DNA of 63,751 nucleotides, filler included, from Octopus bimaculoides (lineage: Eukaryota): the NCBI RefSeq assembly GCF_001194135.2. It is 8 parts of 8 records of this genome, joined end to end, with 100 filler letters (N's around TTAATTAATTAA, not from the genome) between each part and the next. Parts side by side here need not be neighbours in the genome. Positions count along the whole stretch, not along the records: positions 1 to 25,284 come from NC_068981.1; 7 more parts are not named here. One strand, written 5' to 3'. Under the pieces are notes generated by a model. It made no database searches. It was not told the DNA's origin and saw only the letters and a list, made by a program, of their open reading frames with translations. Shown piece after piece: positions 10,980 to 21,648 of the stretch. The translations under genes were made by a program, and so were the position numbers. Position 1 is the first letter of the stretch, and each line of letters opens with the position of its first letter.

Positions 10980-12811
10980 TGCTACTAGTAACATGTAACC
11001 CAGTACGACTTATCGCATGGTCGGGCCGTCGGCGACTAAACCGGCAACCCCACCAAGTTTGCTTGGTGAGGAGGGTGTTTATTGGACACACTGCGGGATG
11101 AAAAACAAAACCCGTCAAAGGGCGGAGGAACTCTTGAGAGTCAACAGCCATCCAATATATGTGTAATTATATATTTACTGTATATCTCCCTTTTTCTCAC
11201 TAATTTATATCAGGTGTTTGTCGTTCTGACAAAAGCCTTTGATACCGTCAATAGAAATGCACTGTGGAAAGTCCTCCAGAAACTTGGTTGTCCTGAAAAG
11301 TTCCTTGTTTTGGTTAGGTCTTTTCATGAAGACATGAAGGGTAGGGTTAATGCTAGAGGGAAAATGTCGGAGCCTATCTCAATACAAAATGGAGTGAAAC
11401 GGGGATATTCTGGCACCGACTCTATTTGCCATATATTTTGCGATGATTTTCTGTATTGCATTTAGAAATTGCAGATATGGTGTTTACATCCATTATCGAA
11501 CCTCTGGCAGCATATTTAATATCAGGCGCTTTGCTAAAAAAACAAAGGTATTTACTTCTATCATAAGAGACCTTTTGTATGCAGATGATTGTGATTTAGT
11601 AGCGCACACAGAGATTGATATGCAACACATTTTGAATGCATTCTTTGATGCTTGCACTGCCTTAGGAATGACAGTCAATCTCAAGAAAACTGTTGTCATG
11701 TACCAACTTGTCTCTGGTAAGCAGTATATTGAACCAAATATCTATGTGTATGGTAAACGACTTGATGTAGTTGATCAGTTTGTCTACCTGGGAAGCACTG
11801 TCAATAGATATAGCAATTTCGATACTGAAATTCCATACAGAATTAGGAAAGCAAGTGATGCTTTCGGAAGGCTAGAAAGGTGCCTCTGAAGTCGGCGAGA
11901 CATGCAGGAAGACAAAGATAAAGGTGTACAAGGTATGTGTGCCCTCTTCTCTTCTTTATGCCTGCGAGACGTGGGTCACATAACGATACCACCTTAAACA
12001 ACTGGAATGTTTCCTTCAGATGTGTCTCAGACGGATCTATGGCATTAAGTGGCAGGACCGCATCAGTGATCTTGAAATATTGGAAAGCTTTCGGTGTGAA
12101 AGTATAGAAGCTCTTGTGTTAAAGCAAGGGCTCAGATGGAGTGGTTATCTGGTCAGGATGAAGGATTCAAGGATGCCAAAACAACTCTTTTATAGAGAGT
12201 TAGCTAAAGGAGAACAACCTCCTCATAAACCAAAAAAGATGTATAAGGATTTGCTGAAGGCTTCCTTAAGAGATGCTTGCATCTCTCCTGACACATGGGA
12301 GGGCATAGCTATTGACCGTAGCAGGTGGAGAAGGATTGTGCACGAGGGTACAGCTACTTTTGAGAAATCTCGAGTTGAGCATGAGAAAGTAAGGAAAGGC
12401 ATCACTGCTGCACTTCCAGATGGTAAGGGTCTTCCTATGATGCTGACATGCGGTGTCTTTGCAAGACTCTGCCTCAGTAAAGCTGGACTCAAGAGTCATC
12501 TTCGAAGTCATAAAACGAGGCAGATGACTGACAACCAGGCTACCGATGGTGGTGCTACACACCATACTAATCATATCTGTCAGGCATGTGGAAGGGAGTG
12601 TAATTCGGCGGGAGGACTTAAACGACATGCAAAGGTACATGAAGCCCAGTTACAACTACAGCCGGCTATTGCCGGTAAAGGTTTTAGCTGCCAATTTAGT
12701 ACAAGACATTGTAGATCTTTAGCTGGGCTAAAAGGTCACGTTTGATCACAGCACCGATAGCAGTCAAACTTCGTGCAATGACCATACTCGATAACGAGGA
12801 GACAGCCATCA
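10980..12811 (+). mobile_element. Internally deleted RTE-clade LINE: 5' head, RT (frameshifted, with stops), three C2H2 fingers, short 3' UTR
   Basis: RT motifs LTKAFDTV, GVKRG, LLYADD, FVYLGS, RWSGYLVRM..SRMPKQLFY. The head 10980-11090 matches the RTE 5' end at 39163-39060. It ends in ACAGCCATCAT plus a microsatellite, like the copy ending at 33904. Confidence 0.93.
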
Positions 12812-12840
12812 TGTATGCATGCATGTATGTACGTGTGTAT

Positions 12841-12945
12841 GTCATTATTCAGTTTATTTCAAGATTTCTTGCCAATAGAGAAAGAACCAGGTTCTAACCT
12901 AGATCCAAAGCTCCTTCATTGAAATTTCAACATCAACAACAGGGT
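12841..12945 (-). repeat. Retroelement-like 3' tail segment (second copy; AATAAA and (ATAC)n tail on minus strand)
   Basis: Homolog of 6651-6755. Confidence 0.65.
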
Positions 12946-13364
12946 GTGCGTGTGCGTGTTTACATGTCTCTGTTCATGTCTGCCTTTACGTTAACATCGC
13001 TTAAAAAACGACGCTCCATGTTTTTTGTCCCCAAACGTAGAGCCTCGCGAAATTATATACGAATAAGATATCTACAGAAGTACATGTTAAAGTCTTCTTA
13101 ACAAATTTCCTTTAGAAATTATACCCAGCACTGATGCTTGCTACGCCGTTTCGTATCCAATACGGCAGATGTAAACAAACAATGGAGTCAAAGATGAAAG
13201 AATGGTTAGTGGGCGTCTATGCCATATTTCTGGAGATTTTGCCCCTTCATCAGTACCCACCTAATCTACCAGAAGTGTTTCTCAGTCAGTTAATGTGGAA
13301 AAAGACCATAAGCAACCGTCGTTAAACGCCAGTGCAATGTAAGAAAACGGTTTTATATATATAT

Positions 13365-13584
13365 TCTTTTATTTGTTTCAGTCATTTGACTGCGGCCATG
13401 CTGGAGCACTGCCTTTAGTCGAACAAATCAACCCCAGGACCTATTCTTTGTAAGCCTAGTATTTCTTCTATCGGTCTCTTTTGCCGAACTGCTAAGTTAC
13501 GGGGACGTAAACACACCAACATCGGTTGTCAAGCGATAGTGGGGGACAAACACAGACACACACACACACATACACAGAAATACA

Positions 13585-13638
<54 letters not shown>

Positions 13639-13800
13639 CGACGAGCTTATTCCAGTTTCTGTCTACCAAATCCACTCACAGGGTTTTGGTTGGCCCGAGG
13701 CTATAGTAGAAGACACTTGCCAAAGGTGCCATGCAATGGGACTGAACCCGGAACCATGTGGTTGATAAGCAAGCTACTTTCCACACAGCCACTCCTGCAC
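13365..13800 (-). mobile_element. Full-length tRNA-SINE with internal (TA/TACA)n microsatellite
   Basis: Minus strand: A-box TGGCTGTGTGG, B-box GGTTCAGTCCC, core ggcacctttggcaagtgtcttctactatagcc, microsatellite, then the 3' body ending ...cagtcaaatgactgaaacaaataaaaga. Confidence 0.92.
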
Positions 13801-14162
13801 ATGATGTATATATCATTATTCTTTTTCTTTTCTTTTTCCGATTTTTTTATAAGTCTTCCACTTTTTGCATCTACCTTCTTGTTCTTTCTCGTGATCTCTC
13901 TTGTCCCAGCGTCCTAACTTGTAAACTGAATAGGCTGTGTGCTCAGAGACCGAAGATTACTTGGAGACACAAGGAGTGTTACAAAAAGCTGGCTAGACTC
14001 GTGGCTCCAGTGCCTGAGACTATTAGTTTGCTCATATCCTTATACTGTGTACATTAAATGATATTTATTTCTCACTGCACGGAGCATATATTTTGTTGAT
14101 CTTATCATAACGGAACGGTAAATTATACATATGCCTATATATGCATACATATATGTGCGATA

Positions 14163-14222
<60 letters not shown>

Positions 14223-14250
14223 ATGTAATGATATCTGTACAGATGGTAGA

Positions 14251-14540
14251 GTCCGAATGACACAAGCATAAATTATAAAGAGTCTGAGCGATGATTTATT
14301 ATAAAAATATAACCGATTGTCCGAATGATTTATTAGTGAAATAAGAAAGGAGAAATGTTTAAAATATATTGTGAAATAGACAACAGAAATATGTAAATTT
14401 TAAGGTAAAATAAGACAATAAATATAAATAAAACTGAGGGTAAAATAGGAAAGCAAATATATGTTATTTGTAGAGTAAAATAGGACAACGAAATATTTTA
14501 TTTATGGGGTAAAATGAGACAATATTTTGTAGGACAATAA
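14251..14540. repeat. Degenerate AT-rich tandem array, 34-35-bp period
   Basis: The motif GT(A/G)AAAT(A/G)(A/G) starts at 14336, 14371, 14405, 14440, 14475 and 14509. Upstream, gtccgaatga recurs at 14251 and 14319 (68 bp apart) and atgatttatt at 14291 and 14325. Confidence 0.7.
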
Positions 14541-14656
14541 CAAAGCGTATACGATTATACTGCGGGGGTGTTAAACAAGAAAGCTAAGATATGTAATTGT
14601 AGAGTAATAGGTAAGAGAGAATTATAATTTATAGGGTAATATATAAAACTAAGAAA

Positions 14657-14979
14657 CACCTTGGCCAAAATTTTCAGGTCTGCATTGAGCAGAGTGATGG
14701 GCCTAAAGTTATCTATGACGTGCCCCTTGTTTGGATCTTTCTTCAGCAGCGTTACAGCTCCTCGGCTCACAAAACCGGGAATGCTCCCGTTTGGCTGCCA
14801 GTTGCAGTACACCGCCACCAAGACGTCTCCAAACAAGTCTGGCATACAGTTGTAAAGCTCGTAGGGCAGACCATCCAAACCCGGAGATTTGTCCCTCGAG
14901 CATCCCACCATCACGTCCATCACTTCCGCCGCCGTGATGGCACCTTCGCAGCACTCCGCCTCTTTTGCCGTGAGTTGTG
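14657..14979 (-). mobile_element. L1/Tx1-like LINE reverse-transcriptase N-terminal fragment
   Basis: CEGAITAAEV...KSPGLDGLPYELY...VTLLKK...NFRPITLLNADLKILAKV; the RPITLLNxDxKILAK motif is L1/Tx1-type. Upstream part is lost in an N gap. Confidence 0.88.
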
Positions 14980-15318
14980 NNNNNNNNNNNNNNNNNNNNN
15001 NNNNNNNNNNNNNNNNNNNNNNNNNNNNNNNNNNNNNNNNNNNNNNNNNNNNNNNNNNNNNNNNNNNNNNNNNNNNNNNNNNNNNNNNNNNNNNNNNNNN
15101 NNNNNNNNNNNNNNNNNNNNNNNNNNNNNNNNNNNNNNNNNNNNNNNNNNNNNNNNNNNNNNNNNNNNNNNNNNNNNNNNNNNNNNNNNNNNNNNNNNNN
15201 NNNNNNNNNNNNNNNNNNNNNNNNNNNNNNNNNNNNNNNNNNNNNNNNNNNNNNNNNNNNNNNNNNNNNNNNNNNNNNNNNNNCATACAGACAGACAGAC
15301 AGATAGATAGATAGATAA

Positions 15319-15357
<39 letters not shown>

Positions 15358-15492
15358 CATACATACGTGCATACATACATCCATGCATACATACATACAC
15401 ATATACATAAGTATTGGTGTGTATGTATATACAATTGCGTAGATAAGCAGACACAATCTAAATACATTTAAAAATACTATGCATGTATGTAT

Positions 15493-15527
<35 letters not shown>

Positions 15528-15802
15528 GGAAGACTGCTTTATCTAGTTCCAGCTATGTGCACTACATAACTGTGCTCCTCAGAGAGAGCTGAATATGTTC
15601 CAAAACAGAGCGAGGTAACATCTACAAAAGCTTTTAACAATCTACAAAAGGAACATCAAAAACGAGACTGCTTTGGTCATAGAATACACAGTAATGGTAC
15701 TATAACCAACACGAGCAGTTTATTTTGTCATTTATATATAAAGAAATTACTTCGACATAATATATACATAAACACGCATACACATTTACTCTCTCACACT
15801 CA

Positions 15803-15842
<40 letters not shown>

Positions 15843-16247
15843 AGCACATAAGCATCCATATATCCATACGTATATATTATATGCCAGTGTTCATCTGTGC
15901 GTGTGTTTGCATACATTCATTTACAAATATATACAACCATGAGTGTTATGTATGTATGTATGAATATACGCACATATATTTGAATATATATATATACATA
16001 TACATATATATGTGTGTGTGTGTATGTATATATATACATATATGTAGATGGTGCTTGTGGGTTTACTTCTGGATATATAAACGAGAGAAAAAGTACTTAA
16101 TATAATATATATTATAAAATTTATATTTCATACAAATATACGAATCGGCACACACGCCCGCATGCGCGTGCACACAGTCGCATGCATATGCATATGTGTT
16201 TGTCTGTGCGCGTATGTATGAATTTGTATATACACATGAATGTGTAA

Positions 16248-16289
<42 letters not shown>

Positions 16290-18441
16290 NNNNNNNNNNN
16301 NNNNNNNNNNNNNNNNNNNNNNNNNNNNNNNNNNNNNNNNNNNNNNNNNNNNNNNNNNNNNNNNNNNNNNNNNNNNNNNNNNNNNNNNNNNNNNNNNNNN
16401 NNNNNNNNNNNNNNNNNNNNNNNNNNNNNNNNNNNNNNNNNNNNNNNNNNNNNNNNNNNNNNNNNNNNNNNNNNNNNNNNNNNNNNNNNNNNNNNNNNNN
16501 NNNNNNNNNNNNNNNNNNNNNNNNNNNNNNNNNNNNNNNNNNNNNNNNNNNNNNNNNNNNNNNNNNNNNNNNNNNNNNNNNNNNNNNNNNNNNNNNNNNN
16601 NNNNNNNNNNNNNNNNNNNNNNNNNNNNNNNNNNNNNNNNNNNNNNNNNNNNNNNNNNNNNNNNNNNNNNNNNNNNNNNNNNNNNNNNNNNNNNNNNNNN
16701 NNNNNNNNNNNNNNNNNNNNNNNNNNNNGTGTGTGTGTGTGTGTATGTGTGTGTATGTGTGTGTACCTCACTACGTGTGCGTGTGCGCATGAAATGCAAC
16801 TCTACAGTCCCTGAAATTAGTAGATCTTGTTCAATAAACTCGAAATTCTATTAACCAATTTTATATTGAGTCGCTCTTCCGGGTCGGCTGGGAGACAGGA
16901 CGCATTAATTTACGTATTAAGTAAAGAATGACCTAAGATTGTCCTCATCAAAGCGAAAGACTTTAGACAGTAAACTCCACCTTCAATATCCTTTAAGCCA
17001 ATACACAAGTAACCTCGTTTCTCTATTACGACCAATGTTCATCTCTCCGTTCCTTGTAGTGTTTATTTATCCGTAACTACTACACAAACAACGGTTATTC
17101 AAATGCCAATTGAACGCCATTTAATTACTCTCATCATCTGCTCAGAATAAAATCTCAATAGAATTGTTAAACCGGGATTCAAATTTGCAATAAGGGGTCC
17201 TGATTACGTTAAACATGGATGTAATAAGATCTTATGGCACATGGGTGAGCTTAGAGAGTAAATTGATTTGATTCGTAAAAATAATTACGGTTTTCTTTTC
17301 TCTCAAATAACATTAATAACCTCTTCATTTCGTCTGCCGCGAGATATGCAGTTTAAATACGATTAGAGATGGAATTTAAAATGGAGGAAATGGTTTCCCT
17401 ATTTTCTTTCATGTGTTTGACTTTTTCTTATTTTAAAACAAAATTTTTTGTTTTATTTCCGGTTACCTTTCCAACCACATATCCTCGAGCAAGTACGCTG
17501 CTATTTTTTTTTTTTTTTTTCATATATTTTACAATACGTGAGATAGATAGATAGATAGATAGANNNNNNNNNNNNNNNNNNNNNNNNNNNNNNNNNNNNN
17601 NNNNNNNNNNNNNNNNNNNNNNNNNNNNNNNNNNNNNNNNNNNNNNNNNNNNNNNNNNNNNNNNNNNNNNNNNNNNNNNNNNNNNNNNNNNNNNNNNNNN
17701 NNNNNNNNNNNNNNNNNNNNNNNNNNNNNNNNNNNNNNNNNNNNNNNNNNNNNNNNNNNNNNNNNNNNNNNNNNNNNNNNNNNNNNNNNNNNNNNNNNNN
17801 NNNNNNNNNNNNNNNNNNNNNNNNNNNNNNNNNNNNNNNNNNNNNNNNNNNNNNNNNNNNNNNNNNNNNNNNNNNNNNNNNNNNNNNNNNNNNNNNNNNN
17901 NNNNNNNNNNNNNNNNNNNNNNNNNNNNNNNNNNNNNNNNNNNNNNNNNNATACATGCATACATACATATATACATACATACATGCATGCATACATACAT
18001 ACATACATACATACATACATACATACATACATACATACACACACATATGCATGCGAACATATAGTCTTACCAATGAGCAAGTAGTCGCATGTAAATCACC
18101 AATCGATGTAGTTTGTACGGATTTAATCGCGAAGATACAGCCAACATCATAAGCAGCTGTCCGAAAATATTATCACGTTGCTATCCACCAATGAGGCATG
18201 AACTGGGCTGCAAAACACTATAAAATGCAATACATAACAAAAACACGACTACACACGTATAGATAGCATGATAGCTATTAACTTGTGTCTAACGATCTTT
18301 ACTGTCTATTGAAATAAACGTGCTTTCGACATGGGCTCTCTAAGCTCCATAGGCTTTTGCATGTATTTTGTCAGAACCTTTTAAACACTCTAAAGGTGAT
18401 CATCACCTTTAAGTCGAATCTATAAGAGAGCTGTTATATTT

Positions 18442-18621
18442 TTTTCTACTCTAGGCACAAGGCCCGAAATTTTGGGGGTAGGGGACCAGTCGATTAGATC
18501 GACCCAGTACGCAACTGGGACTTAATTTATCGACCTTCAAAGGATGAAATGCAAGGTTGACCACGGCGGAATTTGAACTCAGAACGTAAAGACAGACGAA
18601 ATACCGCTAAGCATTTCGCCT
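18442..18621 (-). mobile_element. 5'-truncated Nin/Deu-like core SINE with 19-bp TSD
   Basis: Homologous to 22928-23130. Flanked by taagagagctgttatattt (18423-18441) and taagagagctgctatattt (18622-18640). Confidence 0.9.
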
Positions 18622-19011
18622 TAAGAGAGCTGCTATATTTACGTTGAAATTGTAGTACGTCTCTCAGGACTATAATCGACCCTTGTTCTCTAACAGAAAA
18701 TATATTTCAATCATACTTTCTCTACTTTCTCTTTTTTTATTCAGATAAGACTGGATTTCAATCAGTTATGCTAATCTGGCCGAACAGAAAAGACAGACCA
18801 TTGTTCGTTCACTTTTTCCAGAACTGCCTCTAATTTCCCAAAATTTTTCTTCACGGCCGTTCGCATTGGCAAGTGAATTCCATTGCCCACACGGACGATA
18901 AGAAGATGACTATATGCCTATCATATACTTCCATGTATATGTCTAACATATACTTCCAACTTGTCAGCTTTGTATGCGTTACCCCTTTCCTATCGCTTCA
19001 AAACTATATAA

Positions 19012-19012
<1 letters not shown>

Positions 19013-19063
<51 letters not shown>

Positions 19064-19064
19064 A
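19013..19064. repeat. (GAAA)n microsatellite
   Basis: Direct reading. Confidence 0.97.
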
Positions 19065-20554
19065 AATCAGTAAAGCTCATGTATAATGTCCAATAAAGCT
19101 TGCACAACACTTTATAAATATTAGCGACACCAATCTCACCAGTCACGATATGCCTGAAAAAACTTTGAGCAATGACCCTTCCTCCAGCCCTACCAAGTAA
19201 AAAAAGATCATCGCCACAGTACTGTAAGGGTCCGGAGATAAACTGAAGCAAGAGAACTTATTGTCAAGAAGATGGTAAGATTGAGAGTATAAGCTTGAGA
19301 TGAGAGTCAAAGGTGAGGAGTTACAAGACGAAATCTTAAGGGGGTTTAAATGCACAAGTCTCCGATGTCCAAGTGGCTAAAAAGAATCAGCAGAAGGGTA
19401 CTCAGAAGTCATGACCTGGGGGCGGTCTGGACCCTTAGAATGTAAGAGATTAAGGACCGAAACACTTGGCTGAATGGGGTTTCTTCTCTGAAGACCTACT
19501 GTTCAGTTTTAATGAGAATTTCTTACCATTGTGCTGAAAATCTCCCAAACAGATAAGAGCATTCCTGGGACAACAAGGTTTATATCAAAATTAACTACTC
19601 CAAGTGATACTCTAGCGAACGTTAAGGGTTTGTCTCACATTTTGCGACAACCCAAGATTTCTAAGTGCTTGCATCATTACTACATAGTCGGTGGTCGCAC
19701 GATAGGGTTTATCCGTCCATTTTTGATAGGCATTTGCTTTTCGTTTTGTTGGGTTTTCTGGTAAGCATCTTCACTATGTTAACCTGTAGGTGTCAGTTTA
19801 GTCACCGCTGACCTAACCATGCAACAGTTTGCACTGGCATACATGATAACAAACACTCACGAGCGACCTACCATACATATACGCATACATGTATACATAT
19901 AGGAAAACAAACATTAATCCGTACCTACCTACCTACATACATACATACATACATACATACATACATACATACAGATCATTGGACTGAGCACAAGCACGCA
20001 ACACTATGGACATTTGAAATACACACACTCACGAACAGAAATGAAGCACATACATACACTTCTATACTAAAGTCACACGTACACTGTCTACATGAATGCA
20101 AGATATATATATATATATNNNNNNNNNNNNNNNNNNNNNNNNNNNNNNNNNNNNNNNNNNNNNNNNNNNNNNNNNNNNNNNNNNNNNNNNNNNNNNNNNN
20201 NNNNNNNNNNNNNNNNNNNNNNNNNNNNNNNNNNNNNNNNNNNNNNNNNNNNNNNNNNNNNNNNNNNNNNNNNNNNNNNNNNNNNNNNNNNNNNNNNNNN
20301 NNNNNNNNNNNNNNNNNNNNNNNNNNNNNNNNNNNNNNNNNNNNNNNNNNNNNNNNNNNNNNNNNNNNNNNNNNNNNNNNNNNNNNNNNNNNNNNNNNNN
20401 NNNNNNNNNNNNNNNNNNNNNNNNNNNNNNNNNNNNNNNNNNNNNNNNNNNNNNNNNNNNNNNNNNNNNNNNNNNNNNNNNNNNNNNNNNNNNNNNNNNN
20501 NNNNNNNNNNNNNNNNNNNNNNNNNNNNNTATGCAACGCTTCCTCCCGTTGATG

Positions 20555-20624
<70 letters not shown>

Positions 20625-21039
20625 TGTATGTATGTATGTGTGTATGTATGTATGTGTGTATGTATGTATGTATGTATGTATGTATGTATGCACTCCAAAC
20701 AAATTCGCAAATCCTAATAGTTGTCTTTACTTATACGAAAGAGTCTTGCCACTTTGTTCGTAAGCAGCTTGAATTCCGCAAAACTTAAATCCTAAAGAAT
20801 GCATGCATTCTTACAATAAATTCACACACACACACACATACACATACACACACACATACACATACATACATACATACATACATACATACATACATACATA
20901 CATANNNNNNNNNNACATTAAATTGCTGGCGGTCTTATGTTCATGTTATTTAAAGGTTTCTTCGCATGTCACATGTTAATAATCTAATTATCGTGTCACC
21001 GAACGCTGTTTTCTCTGCGTCAAACTGAAAGGTCACAGC

Positions 21040-21245
21040 ATGTTCATTCGACCTGATAGTTATAGCCGCAAAACCTCACCTTAAATCACGTCCTATTGTC
21101 TCAAAATCAAGGTATATTAGACAATATAGTCCTTAATATGTGAACTTTGGGGATGATTGATAATGGCTGAAGCATCTTTGGTCAAAGATATACTTGAATA
21201 GACCTGACCTAGGGTCAAAACAAAAACGAAAACAAAAACAACAAG
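21040..21245 (+). mobile_element. Diverged SINE-like 3' portion with (AAAAC)n/(AAC)n tail
   Basis: Ends gacctgacctagggtcaaaacaaaaacgaaaacaaaaacaac; similar to 1715-1915. Confidence 0.5.
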
Positions 21246-21373
21246 GACGTATAATGTGATCAAAATGTCGTAAAAATCATTTCTATTCTGATATTTCATT
21301 TGCTTAATTAATTAATTAGCACCGGGCAGGAGATGAAACGTCGACCTTGGCTAAAGTCGATATATTAAGGTAC

Positions 21374-21648
21374 TGTTGTGCTGAATGTCTGTTATTGCTG
21401 TTTAGTCTGTTATTGTGATATCGCAATACTACACAGTGTTTGTGTGAGCATCTCATCTTCGATGCTACTGTTATATCGCACGTGCAGATGACCTCTACTC
21501 AACTCTCACTTCCGACGACTCGACCCTACCAAACTCGACGTCTAGTCTACCGACGGCTCCACCTGTCTCTTCCGCTCTTCCGCTCTTCGTCTAGCAATTT
21601 ATACGTATTGGACTAGCCTACTTATCGCCTGGGGGCGTCCACACAACA
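21374..21648 (-). mobile_element. Small solo-LTR-like element (275 bp)
   Basis: Perfect inverted termini TGTTGTG...CACAACA; flanking 5-mers GGTAC/GTTAC (TSD with 1 mismatch); GC-richer than flanks; TATAAAT on the minus strand near 21600, so orientation is tentative. Confidence 0.7.

Noticed and set aside
13700-13800. tRNA genes suggested by A/B boxes here and at other SINE heads
   Set aside because: No complete cloverleaf, and each continues into SINE core sequence; these are SINE heads.
14336-14540. CRISPR-like repeat/spacer appearance
   Set aside because: Repeats are degenerate and non-palindromic, the period is only 34-35 bp in total, there are no cas genes and the context is eukaryotic. 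Kept only as a tandem array.
19455-19500. GAAAC...GTTTC followed by CTGAAGA (possible type II/III hammerhead)
   Set aside because: Stem II cannot close (C opposite C) and no stem I forms.
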